From positions 70,288,629-70,352,628 of the forward strand of contig NC_081357.1 in assembly GCF_030684315.1 (NCBI RefSeq): DNA of 64,000 nt, in the 5' to 3' direction. This document shows positions 37,424-50,879 of this stretch, one piece after another. Numbering within the stretch: the stretch's first letter is position 1; every line of letters starts with the position of its first letter. Both the position numbers and the translations under genes were made by a program. The notes below the pieces were generated by a model, which worked only from the letters and a program-made list of their open reading frames with translations, was not told the DNA's origin and searched no databases. This stretch comes from Stegostoma tigrinum (lineage: Eukaryota).

Positions 37424-37989
37424 TAAATGGGGATGGGGCCATAACATCAGGTCAGATAACAAGTGGAGTACCTATGGTTCCATGGCACAAGGGTCTGATG
37501 TCCTCTGTCAGGGTGACCACAGCATTTCTGCTCGAGCATTGGCACTCCACCAATGCCACATGTGCTGTGTTTGTCAGCCAATCAGCACAGCCTACTGCCA
37601 CCCAAGCCAAAATGGTGCAGTCCTGAAGTCAGCCCATAGGGTCAGAGCTGCTTGTTATCTGCTGTCTCAGCCAGCAAAGGTCAACTGGCTGCAGAAGCTG
37701 GGGTAAAACTATGTAGGAGCATTAGGGCAGGCAAAGGCACTTGTCATTGTTGTGATGACATTTTAAGTGAACCAGAGTCCAGAGGCCACTCCTGGTCAAC
37801 CCATGCAGAGTGAACAGTTCACCTCAATTCCTTCTCCTTGTCCACTTCCTGAGTTGCCCATGTAACTGGTACTGTTCCTTCATTAGAGTGGGGTTTTGGA
37901 AAACCCACCATGGATTTGAGAGTAATCAAGAACTTCAGCATGATATTTCGTGGTGGCAATATGACTTTCACCAGAGGTGCACTGCTGAT

Positions 37990-38900
37990 AATATCTATTG
38001 TTGGCAAGAAGGGAACCACAAGTCAGGTTGCGAGCAACATACTATGTCACCAATCAGCCAATGGCTTAAGTTATTGTGGTGGATGGAATAGGGCGATCAG
38101 TTGTGGTTGATTAGTGAACCATGGCTACTGCCAGGTTGGCAGATATTCACATCGTAATGCTCTGTGATGGGTACACACCGATAGCACTCTGGGGGAGTGG
38201 TAGCTCTTGCTGTTGTGGTACTTCTCCTCATTAATATGTGGGATCCACAGATCCACAAGCCTGGGTAGCACCTTATACCACTGAGAATTTCCTGGTAAAA
38301 ACCAAAAGAACTGTGGATGCTGAAAATCAGAAACAAAAGCAGAAATTGCTGGAAGAGCTCAGCAGGTCTGGACGCATCTGTGGGGAGAAGTCAGAGTTAA
38401 CATTTTGGGTCCAGTGTTCTGAGGAAGAGTTACTGAATGTAAAACGTTAACTCTACTTTTTCTCCACAGATGTTGCCAGACCTGCTGAGCTATTCCAGCA
38501 ATTTCTGTTTTAATTTCCTGGTGAAACCTGATAAAGCCATCCGTTCACTCTACCTGGTCACCTCCAGCAAATAAAAATCTATTAATCTCCTGATGTTCAA
38601 TACCTCCGTCATCTCCCCAATGCTGTGATACATCACTAAACAGGAATTTTTGCCCACGTTGCCTGTTCCTATTCAAAGTGTCCTCTGGTGTAAAGATTGA
38701 GTGTCACAGTTACACGTACAGCTCCTGGCAGGATAATCCTCCTCTGGTATCTGGCTGTGGGTCCACTTGCAGAAGATCTCACAGATCAATACCTACCTGC
38801 TCAGTGAAACACAAAACACTTTATGCACTGTTCCTGGTTGAGGTGGAGATGGTAGACAGTGTCAATGAAGTTTCTAACACAGTACCTTACACTGATGGCC
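37990..38900 (-). mobile_element. PIF/Harbinger (HARBI1-like) transposase relic
   Basis: Ordered minus-strand peptides across frameshifts: LNQEQCI, DLLQVDPQP, LPGAVRVTVTLNLYTRGHFE, HSIGEMTEVL, FSVV*GA, YHNSKSYHS, VNICQPGSSHGSLI, HWLIGD. They parallel the HARBI1-family motifs LPVAVKV..ALNFYA.GSFQ, GFP.V.GAID, NRKG.HS, PGS.HD and WLLGD. Confidence 0.75.
38301..38511 (-). mobile_element. PLE-type fold-back mini-element (family 2) inserted in a Harbinger transposase relic
   Basis: Tail plus inverted arms AGAAATTGCTGGAAGAGCTCAGCAGGTCTGG / CCAGACCTGCTGAGCTATTCCAGCAATTTCT. TSD AATTTCCTGGTAAAA (38286-38300) / AATTTCCTGGTGAAA (38512-38526). Confidence 0.85.
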
Positions 38901-40904
38901 CTCTTGTTTGCCTCTCTTACAGCTTGCTATCTCTGCTGCCTGCGTTTCATCTTCCTGTTGTGCTGTATCCGGGAACGATGTGTGAGTGAATGGAAGAGCA
39001 TCTCCAAACTCCACAGAGCTCCTTGTCAAAGCTCAAACAGACCCCTTTCTATTTCAAAACTTTTCTAAATTCCTCTAAGACCAGTAGACAGTATTTCCAC
39101 TCACTCTGCAGCAGCAGAATAAATCAAAAGCCCCTCAAATTAGAAATTGGAGGCTAATTTCCTTAAACAGTAGGGATGGAGATTAAGGAACAGGGGTATT
39201 GGAGAGGGGTGTCCCTTTTACAGCTGAGGCCATGTTTAGGGTATTTAAGAAAGGGCTGTTACTGGAGCTACAAGGTCAAAATGGGGAGGTCGTGTGCCAA
39301 TACAGTGTAAGATGATGTTGAAATCATGATTTTCCATCTCTGTATATGTCAGCACCTAAGCTATATCACCTTTACAACTTTGGTATATTGTGTGGACAAT
39401 GCTGAAAGTAGCTAGAAGAGAAATTGCCACCAATTTGGAAACGCCAATCTTCGTTTGCACCTCCATCATGTCCAAGGATAACAGTAAGTTACATGTATTT
39501 AGAGCCTTCTCAAGGATAATTGGGAATAAGCAACAAATGCTGGCCTTGCCAGTGACTCTCACGAATCTCATCATAAGAAAAAGAAATGTAAAGTGTTAAA
39601 AAGATGGCGCCGTTAAAACGAGGATTATTGAATAGATTTGGATCTGTCGTAAAGTGATTAAGAGATGTTACTGATAGACTAATCACAACAATATACTCCA
39701 AGAAAGCTTTAAGAATAGAAAAATTGAGTCATTTAGGAAGCTATGGGGCTGAGGTTGTTTAAGGTTGGGTATAAGTGGTAGAGCAAAAAGAATGGAAACC
39801 CACAATAGGCCAATAAGAGAAGACAAAGGGATGTGTGATGCAATAAAAGGCTGAAGATTTTAAATCCCAGATTAAATGTAATATTGCAGGGTTTGGAAGG
39901 CATGAGGGAGAATTTTAAATGTCATGCCTTAGGAGATAGGGAAACAATGTTGTTCTGTGAGATGAGGAATGATTTATAAAACACAATGGTTTCTGCTTTC
40001 TCAGTCTTCAGTTGTGGGAGATTGTGACTCATCCTTGACTTGGCATCAGACTGTCTGACAAGCAGTTCTTATTGACAATTTTTCCCAATGGACCAGGCAT
40101 TACAAATAATGGCTATCTCTTCCTCACAATGGCAAACCTCACAGACTGAGGATTAATCAAAATCACATCGTGTTCAGATTTAGCTTAAAAATGGCAGAGG
40201 CTATATTTGGGATCTACCTTTTGCAGTGAGCACCAGAATGTTGGAAATAGCTAAATTGCTATAAATTGTGTAGTAACAACTTCCGGGTATTTGATCAGAG
40301 CTTTCTTCTATTTACGCATGTGTTTATTACTGCCTATTAAAAGTTACATATCATGGGTTCACGTCCCCAATATTTAGGAATTTGACTTATCTGAATTCTG
40401 CATAAAGGCGAGTTGAATCTCAAATAGGCAGAGTGAATCAGAGTTCACGTTTTTGTTGGAGAGTGATTAATAGTTATTTAATACAAGATTCATTGTGGGG
40501 AGAGGGGGGTTGTTGATTTTAACTTACTTCATCAAGTAGAAGAAATGCTGCAAACATGATGGACTTATTTCCTCATTCTGGCTTCACCATTTCTCCTGAG
40601 CCCTCTGGTTGGGTAGCGAGGTGTCTGCCTAAAAGGCCAACAAACGAAACAACAAAGATATTTTAACTGGGCAGAGCGTGCTCTTTGGATGTCCAGTGTA
40701 GTAAAACCTGGATCAACAGCAGAGCAAACCCATAAATGTGAACGTTCAAACTACTTTTGTGGGGTCAGGAAGGAAAAAGATACTGGATCATAGCCACCCA
40801 GGTTACCCACGTCATGTTCATGCTTGCAACCTCCCTGCTGACCTTCTGTTTTCTACTTTGGTCAGCCTCTGACCAATGCATTGGTTGAGAGTTGGAAAAC
40901 TGAC

Positions 40905-41785
40905 TTTTTAAAAATTCCATTATGAGTGTGGGCATTAAAGTCTGAACCACCATTTGTTGCCCATCCTAATTGCCTTCGAGAAGCTGGTGGTGAGATGCCT
41001 ACTGGAACAGCTGCAATCCATTTTTTGCAGACAAATTCATCATGGTGTTGGGCAGAATTTCAGGATTTTGACCCAGGCAGCACTGAAGGAGCAATTGTAT
41101 ATTTTTAAGTCTGGATGATGAATGCCTTGGAGGGCAAATTGCAGTTGGTGGTGTGCCAATATATCTGTGCCCTTGTCCTTCCAAATGTTAGTAGGGATGG
41201 GGATTTTGAAAGGTACTGTCTAAGGACCCTTAATGAATTTCTGCATGTTACAGAGGGTACACACTGCTGCTGCTAATAAACTGGATATTTGTGGATGTGG
41301 TGCCAATCAAGCGGATCACTTTGTTTTGGTGTCAAGTTTCTTGAATTATTTTGGAGCTATATTCATCCAGGCAATTGGGGGAGTGGGGGTGTAATATTCC
41401 AACATACTTCCTGCTTGTATCTTGTAGATGGTGGGCACGCTTTGGCAAGTCAGGAAATGGATTATCCAAGGATGGATTCTTGACATCTGACCTACTTTTG
41501 TAGCTGTTGTATTTATATGGCTTGTCCAGTTCAGTTTCTTGTCAACGGTAAGCCCCCAGGATGTTCTAATGGAGGATTCAGTCATGGTAAAATGATTGAC
41601 TTTCAAAGGATGGTGGTTAGGTTTGTCTCTTATTGGAAATGGTCATTTCCAGTCATTTGTGTGATATGAATGTGACTTGCCACTTTTCAACCCAAACCTA
41701 GATATTATCCAGGTCTTGCTGCATTTGGACTTGGACTACTTCACTATCTGAGGAGTTAAAAATGGTGCTGATCATCGTGCAATTA
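40905..41785 (-). mobile_element. L2/CR1-superclade LINE 3' portion; probable partner of SINE family B
   Basis: GLTVDKKLNWTSHINTTATK...TIYKIQAGSMLEY...IAW. Its 3' end (CATTTGTTGCCCATCCTAATTGCC on +) matches the family-B SINE tail. Confidence 0.82.
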
Positions 41786-42749
41786 TTTAATACCTGCAAT
41801 CTTTTGCAGATATCTTAATGACCTCTGCCTTCAGGTTGGAATGGTATTCCAAATGGAGTTGGTTATCTAGCGATCAAAATTTACTTCAATGTTGTTTAGT
41901 CATTATAATTAATTATATTGCTGCAGAAAACATACATTTCGTTAGCTTTCCCATATTTTAGATATTAGATCAGAGTGATAATGAAGACTTGTTTAAAAAG
42001 GTACTCAGGATTCTTCTAGCAGAATATTTTCACTTAGAGAACAAACTTTCAAGTAACATACTAAAATATTGATTTGCAACTGTTGCTCTCAGCACAACAA
42101 AGCCTTCTCTGGCAGTCATTATGTTTACTTCCAGGTTTCTTTGTAATAAACATGACTTGATCACTAGATTGTACTCGACCCATTAGTGATTAATAAACAT
42201 AATTAAGTGTCAGCTGTGGCTCCATGGGTAGCTCTCTCACCTTTTGATTTTGATCCATTTTTATTCCTGAAAGCAAATAATTAGCCTTCAGATTTTGCGA
42301 GTTAAAAATGTACCCGCAGTGACATGAGTGTGTCCAACCCTCATTCCATCTGTGCGCCAGAAGGTGAATACATCATATAGGAAGGATGGGTTGAAAATAT
42401 TGCTGTTTGAAACTTTATCCTTTAAGCTTGGAGAATGCTTAATGAGAAAGCACAAAAGAGAAGAAAATGACTTTTCTCCAGTCCTTATATGTCACCATAG
42501 GATTTTCAAAGTTCTCTCTGAGGAGCCTAATGGGGGAGATGGAATGGTCGTAGTAGGAACAACTGAGGATGAACCATTTAAATGAAGTGGGAGAGACCTT
42601 ACAGACTCTATTGATAAACTCTTTGACGCTGATAAGATGGGGTGAGTGTGTAGGATAAGTAATATTAAATTTATTGTCAGACACAAATGGGTAATGGTGG
42701 ATTAGCAATCTGCTTATTATCTTTATTTCAATTTTCTAATGTTGTTGTG

Positions 42750-45700
42750 CTCAGTAACCACAGAAAAGATACCAAGGAGAGCTGTTCTCTTCCCCTCGAC
42801 CCACCAGAGGTGGCCACAACACCAGACCCTGCCACCCCAGGTCAGTGTGGTCTCAGTTGTTTGGCAGATGGCCTAGAGATGAAGGAGCAAAGTTACTGAC
42901 TTTCTCTGCTCTGTACATGTTACCACCTTCTCTCTGCTTCCTCTCATGTTGTTAATATCTGCTACTGCACCCACCTCCAACAAAGCTGATGGTGTACTCC
43001 TCTCACTTTCATATGCACCATCTTCTCTTGTTCCCTCACACCCACTCCAATATCCCCCACATATTATAAACACTGCATGCCCTCTCTGCTACCTATTCAC
43101 TCACTTGGGTCACCTTACTACATTTCGACCACGTGCAATTGCTCTAATAGATATCTCAAACTCCCTTTCTCTCATTCCAGGAGAAAACTGCCCATAATAG
43201 GTGCCCAACATTGAACCACCACCCCGATGTGGTGAAGATCCTGGCATTGGCCGGAGAAATGCCAAATCAACTAAGCACTCATGATCCCTGCAGTGCAACT
43301 TTCATATTAATTCCAGTGTCAATGTTGATTTTTACCTGCCACAACTCATAACCATTGGTTGCAATGCCTTCTTGCTTTCATGTCTTTCAGTGGCAGATCC
43401 ACCGACTCAGCAGGTAAGATGCTGTTACACTACAGATCTGGTGCAGCATCTCTGAAGAAGAACCTACAAATCCCTCTGATGATGCATTGGCAAGGTCCCC
43501 TCCCGTATCTCCAACCAACTCCGATCTTAACATCTTGATGAGTATTTTAGATACGTTAGAGTTAGGAGCACTTGCTGTTGACCACTTCATTGCCTATTCT
43601 TCATAGCTGGTCAAGGAAGAAGCATTGCAGCTCATTGGCACTTAATGGTCTGCTGGAGGCCAGGTATCTGCTCAGACACACACGGGAGTGAACCCCATGA
43701 TGTCAGGCACTTATGACTTCATACAAATGCACAAGCTGATGCAAGAGCATGAAGCAGGCTTGTTAGGGACTGTGGCTCTAGAAATGTAACAGAATGGGGA
43801 TCCCATTGCCTCAGGCATACCATCATCATCTGACTGCCTCCATGCACTGTTGGCAGCTACCAAGGAGAGCAAGGTTCAGCAGTCTCAGAGTCTGCTGGAT
43901 GCACAAATGGACCTGCACCCCATCACCTTAGCTATTGGTCCTTAGCACCAATGGCAAGGCAAGAGAGGAAACGAAAGAACTTGACCTCACTCTCGGTGCC
44001 CCTATTTCACAAAGAGTCAGGGCAAAGCCATTAGGCAGCTAGCCAGAGATGGAAATACATACAGGCCCTGCCCAAAATGTCTCCTCTCAGGACACTCCAA
44101 AGGTGTCCAGGCCCGCTACCTTCACTCTACCTACCTCTGGTAAGGACATGCTCAACATGCCTGGGCCCATTAGACACAAATACCCATCTGGTAGGCTGAG
44201 CAATGCCCCAAGGGTAAAAAGTTTCACTTTACAGTAAGCTTCCTTCGCTGTAGCACACACCCAGAGATTACTCTAAAATGCATTAGGAGGAAAAAGAAAA
44301 TTAGATAATCTTTTGATAGAACAGTGGTTGCATGGGTGACAAGTGTAAATTCCCACATTTATTAGTACATGTTAACTTCTGACTATCATCTGTTTGTGCA
44401 AATGTCTGTGTTGCTGAAAATGCAGCTATAGAAGTACTGAAGCCACTGATCCTTATCTAGAGATGAAGTTCCATGGATCATAGTGTAAATTGGGCAGCTG
44501 AAGTAACCAGGCAATGGCTGACTGGCAGGTCACTTTGAGCTTGGTAACTAGGCTCCAAATCCCCAAAGGGCCCAGATATTGCGATTGTATAGGAGAAATT
44601 GGGGCGGGGGGTGTTCAGTATTAGCTGGTGTGAAATAATTGGCGGGGGGACAGGGAAAGAAGCTGAACTATACACAGTCAGCTAATGCCCAGAGGGCACA
44701 AAGGAATGCTGATCTCCAACGTTATGGTTCACATCACCTATGGGCTAATGTTTACTGACACTGTCCTTTGATGGGACTCACAAAGCTCTAAGAACTAACC
44801 CCACCCACTCCAGGTGTGAGCGCTGCCATTTTCAATTCCATTGCATAGGATGATGGAAGGCAAGTGAATTCCAGGTTGCCCTTCACTGTGGAGGTGAGCT
44901 TCCAAGCATCAACATGTCCTCCTGGTAGTCTCCCCATCAACCCTATAGAAACGTCTTCAAAGCCCCACTCAACCCATCTATCTGAGTGTGTGCCTGCCCC
45001 AAACCGTCACAAACCCCAGGCAGAGAAGCTGTTGTCTCTCCTTCCCCCACCTCTCATGAAGCCAGGGTGCTGCGCCCTGTCAATGACAGCTTCATTCTGC
45101 ATGACATCTTTCCATCTCATGCTCTATCATCTTCCCTTTTGTCTACTGAGTGGCCCCCTTCTGTATTGTCACTCCACTGTGCCCAAGTAGGTTTCCTTCA
45201 TTCCCAGCTATGAGGATCCCCAGCCTCTCTCCCACAATACCAGCCTCCCAAAAAGCCCACCCCTCTTGACATTTAGTGAACAGAACCACTTTCACCCACC
45301 CAGACTGACTGTGGGACAACCTTTCAAATAACCTTGATTGACAGCCTCAACCAATGAGTGACCCAAGCCCTTGAGTGATATCTGTACCGCTCAAGAAACA
45401 TTCATTGGATTAGTTGCATTTGGACCCACCGGGCTGACCATGACCCATTCCCTGGACTGAGGAGGAGCATAACGTTTACTTGTTAGCAGCTTGACTCGAA
45501 GTCTGACTGTGCCCTCGACCAATATCGGAGGCTGCCTATGATTTGTTGCGCTGGGACTCTTAGACTGATGGGTGCTTCCCTGGACATCAGTGAGGACTAT
45601 TCCTCCAAGAGCGAGATATGGCCACTTGCTTGAAGCACATGCAACATATTTGCCATGTATGCAGCCGGCACTGGTGCAAGAGTGAGATTTATATAGTAAT

Positions 45701-46560
45701 GTACCTGCAGCAACATGTCCACCCTCCTGATTGCTAGCCACCATAACAAGCTGTGTAGCTTTGTGTTAGCAGTAAACATCAAGATATTGTAGCATTACTA
45801 GGAACCTTTGAGCTCTGGCTGAGAGGAGAAAAGTACAAGAAGGAAAGGCAAGACAAAGCAATCGTGTTGGCAGCATCCAGGATGGTTCTAAGTGAGTGGA
45901 CACTAATACAGCAAGCAAACAGACCTGAGAGGCTCCCAGTTTGGGTACCTGTCTCTGCACATAATGTGCTCGTTGCAACTCTTCAATGATAGTTGCTGCA
46001 TGCTCAAAAGTACAGCTCTGATGTGCAGCAGCTTTGTGTCAGTGCATCAGAGATGTGCCATGATAGCACATAGAATGCCTACAGTGTGGAAGAAGGCCAT
46101 TTGGACAATCAAGTCCATGCCAACATCTACCCTACCCTATCCTTGTAATCATCCATTTCCAATGGCCAATCCACCTAACTACACAGAGCATCCAGAAGGT
46201 AGACACACAGACACAGGGAAAATGTGCCAACTCCACACAAACAGTCACCCGAGGATGGAATCGAAATCTAGTCCCTGGCGCTGTGAGGCAACAGTGCTAA
46301 CCAATGAGTCAATGTGCTGCCCATGTGTTGGGTGCCATATTTGTTAGATTTGAGGTGCATGTGGCCACTGCCTATGGAGTATTCCCTGAGACATTGGTAC
46401 CAGGTGTCCAAGATGGTGGTCTGGAGGTGGAGTTGCTAGGAGCCTGCTCAGACTTGCAAGTTGACAATTCTTGGTGTCCAGTTTCTTTGCAGAGGGTGAT
46501 GGGATGGGAAGCTGTATGTCCCTCAGGCAATAAATGAAGCTGACGGCAATTAATAATTCC
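42750..46560. mobile_element. Highly decayed PIF/Harbinger element: Myb/SANT-like gene (+) converging on a transposase remnant (-)
   Basis: Plus 42770-42920 AVLFP...QVSVVS...KVTDFL, then acceptor CTCTCATTCCAG|GAGAAAACTGCCCATAAT (EKTAHN). Minus 45400-45830 has weak, ordered matches: RAQRF, NQEGGH, AGCIHG, LVEGTVRL. Confidence 0.5.
46068..46322 (-). mobile_element. HE1-like V-SINE, internally deleted
   Basis: Reverse-complement head, partial V-domain and tail; inserted in the putative Harbinger relic. Confidence 0.8.
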
Positions 46561-46694
46561 CATTGACATCTCACCACTGCCTTGAGAATGTTGTGTTGAA
46601 GCCGAGAACTCTGCTGGAAAATAAGACTCACTGCTATGATGTCAAGAAAGGCTTCTCTGAACTTCCCCTGTGATTTTCTCAAATTTCAAAACCA

Positions 46695-46820
46695 TTCTGA
46701 AGAAGGACCACTGGTCACAAAATGGTAACTCCATTTTCCTTCCACGGTTGCAGCCAGATGTGCTGAGTTTCTCCAGCAGCTTCTGTTTATCTTTCAGATT
46801 TTGAGCATCTGATGTTTTAC
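46695..46820 (+). mobile_element. PLE-type mini-element (family 2), single arm with tail
   Basis: Starts at TTCTGAAGAAGGACCACTGG (hammerhead 5' core), then GCAGCCAGATGTGCTGAGTTTCTCCAGC and a tail with GAGCATCTG. Confidence 0.65.
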
Positions 46821-47749
46821 TTTATCCGTCTAAAATTCTGCCTATATCTTCAAACGCTTTGTCCCACCCAATGCCCCACTACCCTGACATATTTTTCAAT
46901 GTCCTTCAATTTTATCTCCCTTCTTTGCTTTCCCATCACTCACCAATTAATCTCTATCAGTCATGGCTCATACCTAACATTCATAACTTCATCTTACCTC
47001 TACACCTTCAGCTTTGTAGTAAACCTCACAGTTCTACTTCACAGCTCTCAGTCACTGACTATTCAACTAAACAGCCACCTCACCCAAATCATATTAATTG
47101 GGCTGAATTTTATCACAAGGTCACTAGAAATATGTGCCCTTCTGCTTGCCAAACATAGTCGTGATGCAGACAGCTAATTAACTTGGAGGTGGTACTGAGT
47201 CAATGCTGTGTCAGCCAGGAAACAAGATGTCAGCTTGGGTAATATAATTCACTGATGATTGGTTTCATTGAAAGCCTATCTGACTGGTTGCTGGACCTTG
47301 CTATCTGACTATCTGCACTCAGCAACTGAACAAAAGCGTGTAGTGACAAGGAAAGCATGAAGATACCAGCAGACCCCATGGTTTTCTGATGTCTCCAGAT
47401 TGTAAAAGCAAAAGGGGAGGCCCTCTTCCCAAGGAAAAGTAGATTCAAAGATGTTTATATGACACTTTTAATTTCCAATGTGCCTTGATTCCTGACAGTA
47501 GATTATGCAAGTACTCATTTTGAAACTAAATTAAATGGTGGTAAGTATTGCATTAAGAGTCTTATGCATCCGATCAAGAAAGGCATGCAGAGGAAGCCAA
47601 CTCACAATAAATTACTTCCCAACGATGAGTGCAGAGCCACAAATGCATTAATGGCTTCCTTTGGTCTTTGAAGATGAGTTCAAAAATTCCGTTTTCTTCT
47701 TTGGGGTTTGCATGTCATAACATGAGAGAAAGTGCTGTGTGGCAGGGAG

Positions 47750-48106
47750 ATGGCGAAGGCAGCATATTGACTAAGTGGTTAGCACTGCTACCTCACAGTG
47801 CCAGGAACCCAGGTTTGATTCCACCCTTTAGTGACTGTCTGTGTGGAGTTTGCATGTTCACAGTGTCTGTGTGAGTTTCTGCAGGGTGCTTCGGTTTCAT
47901 CCCACAGTCCGAAGATGCACAGGTGAGGTGGTTGGTCATGCTAAATTTCCCATAGTGTTCAGGGATGTGAGGTTAGGTAGATTATCCATGATAAATGTGG
48001 GTTTAAGGGATAGGGTAGGGTAGAGTGGGATGCTCTTTGGAGGGTTGGTCCAGATTCGATGGCCTGAATGGCCTCTTTCCACATTGCAGGATCCCTCTGA
48101 CTCTAT
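47750..48106 (+). mobile_element. HE1-like V-SINE
   Basis: GTGGTTAGCACTGCTACCTCACAGTGCCAGG head, V-domain, and GATGGCCTGAATGGCCTCTTTCC...CTCTATG tail. Confidence 0.85.
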
Positions 48107-50879
48107 GCTAAGGGACCACCCATACAGTGGCAAGAGTGTCAAAATGCAGCACTGGCATGGCAGCACCTAGCCAAATGCACAAGTCTGTCTTTGGTCACCC
48201 CTCACAAGGTCCTTCAAGAGGTTACATTCATGTTCTCCCCATAAGGGCAGCTGGTCTGTCACCAGCATGGATACAATCTTCACCTCTGTGGAAAAACTAA
48301 ATCTTCATTTTTTTGAACTTGCAGAAGAAGCATCTGGACTCATAAGGAATGCTGTACCTCCTGGTGCAGCAGCAGGAGTAAGGGGACATTTGGCTATGAA
48401 TGGACATTGTTAGAATTCACCAAGGCCACAAATGCTACTGTGTCTCTGATGCATGTGCATTTGACATCCCATGTCATGACAATAGTGAACATCATGGAGA
48501 ACCAGATCTCGCAGACCAGTCAATAGATGCTGGAGATATACACAGACCATTGGCTTGCCTGTAATCTTAACATTACAGCAGCAAGGCAAGAGGGGGACAA
48601 GGTAGAACTGATTATTTTATTCAGCATGTGCTTTAATAGCAGGTTTTAAAATAGGATTTGGAATAATCTTTTCCTAGGAATCAGTGAATACTAATATTAA
48701 AAATGGACTCCTTATGTACAGGAAATCCTCATCCTAACAGGATGAAGAAAATAAAACAGTGATTCCAGCTATATTTAATAGCTAAAAATTAAATTGAAAA
48801 TGAAACATAACAATTTTGACCATTGCAGTCCATGGCAGAATTTTATGAGTTTTTTTTAAGTTTAGTTAATATTGATTTGGATACTGTTAAGATAGTAAAT
48901 GTTTCATATATGTGGCTGTTAGGCTACAGAATGATTTTGGGAAAATCATATTTATGTCAAATCCCAGGTTTGAAATTTCCCATAGCCCAAAATAATGCTC
49001 CAATAAGTTGAGAAAATAGTTGCTCTCATTCATTTGAATGTAAAATAAGTTGCAATTATAGTTTTACTTTGCACTTCTTCCTTCGCATTTACTGTTATAA
49101 AGACTATATGACTTGGAAATATCAATACCAATTTTGGGAAAAACTAGTCGAAGTAAATTTGACTATTTCACTTTGGTTGTATTCATTTTCCACCTCCTGA
49201 ATGCCTCATCCCTCTGTCCCTCTCCTAATCTCTGCAGGCAGTGGAGTTCATTACCATAACCGTGCTGAAAGTGAGGTTCTATGCTTAATGTCTGCTGGCA
49301 AGTTGTATTTGACTGCCAATTGTCTTTTATAAACAACTTCGAAGAAAGTTTAAAAGGTACCTCAATTCAAAAGAATGAAACTCTGCTCTCAGTCAGTAAG
49401 TAACAAACAGTTTAAAAGTTCATTTCAGGGTCAGTGTGCTTTCAATGAGATTCCAAAACCACATTAGGTTGAAACTCAGCATATCACCAAGTATGGAAAC
49501 ATCCCTGGAAACTAGCATGTGCTACTTAAATGTGCAAAGTTTATAAATTTGACTTTGATTGTGTCTGAATGTTGTTTGCTCATTAAACAGCAGTTGAAAA
49601 ACATAACATACAATGAGTATTGCACAATAGAAACTACTGTGGTAAAATGTATTCATAATTATTCCTACTATAATTTGATAGAAAAATATACAGTTAGAGC
49701 TTTGGGAACAAAGCAAATAAATACAGATATTCTCTTGATCTATCATTACAACTGTTGTAGAAGATCAAAGACGATTTGCTTTTTATTATTCATTCATCGG
49801 CTCTTTGAATCACTGGTTGTTGGGCCAGCACTTATTGTCCATTCCTAGTTGCCTCTGAAAAGGTGCTGCTGTCCTTTTCAGAGGTTCAAAAATCTCTTCA
49901 TCGGTTCAGTTTCTACTGATCTTTTGCTCCAGTGACAGTTGAATACTGGGCAAACAGTGGAAATTAAATGCCGCAAATTTTATCTCCATTGAACTTATTA
50001 TTTTCTAAAATCAGTACCAGGAATGATGTGTACAAACCCCAAAGTAGGCAGCTCAAACCCAAAAATATTGAAGTCATTAAACTCTTGCACTGGGATCCCC
50101 AGCAGCAGCTTCCTGCCACCCAAATTTTAACAGCAGGGCAGTCTCATCACATATACTAATTTTTGCCTCTGTATATCTTCCCAGTGATTTATTTTTCTCA
50201 ATGTACTATGCACAGTGACTGACAGAATGCATCTTGAGCACAGAAAACTACGTATATAGTTGTAAGAAATGGATTTTTGGACAGCTGGGTGAAAACTCTG
50301 CAGTTTTGAGAATCTGGAATCTGAGCTGGAATATGGTATTGTGCATGAGGGTGTACTGCCTGAGATAACTGCATCATTAACAAGAAAAGAAAAGACATCC
50401 TGTTCTAAGTCTTATGGGAGTTCATTAAAGCTATTAGTGTTCACTTTCTAACTAAGCACTGCCTCTAGTATGAGTCATTCATGCAGACAAGGGAGAATTT
50501 TAATTTGTTAACACTAAAAGACTGAATAAATAAAAGTTATTTATAAAGATACTTTCCATTCTACATTCAATTAACAGGTTTCTTTTTTCTCCTTTAAACT
50601 GAAGAAGTCAGAGCTGAGCAATGGCTCACTTCTGTCTTTCTCTTAGAATAGATTAGAAGCAGGTGCAATGCAGACCACACATTACACTGTTGTACTTAGC
50701 AATGTTGCAATCCCAAACTGTGGGAAAATGACTTGTAGCACACAATTATAGAACAAGATTCAAGATGTAATATACAAACTTGTATCATTTTCCTTCCTAA
50801 CCATAGATTCTGTCTTAATGCAAATTCCTGAACTTTTTTTTTATATTTTTGCCCAAAAGTATTTGTAAATCAAGAAGTA

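Noticed and set aside
42205-42490. Deu-domain SINE (SacSINE1/AmnSINE1-like) remnant, with a similar trace near 3385-3500
   Set aside because: Only the head (GTGTCAGCTGTGGCTC...GGTAGCTCTCTCACC) is suggestive; too decayed to call without an alignment.
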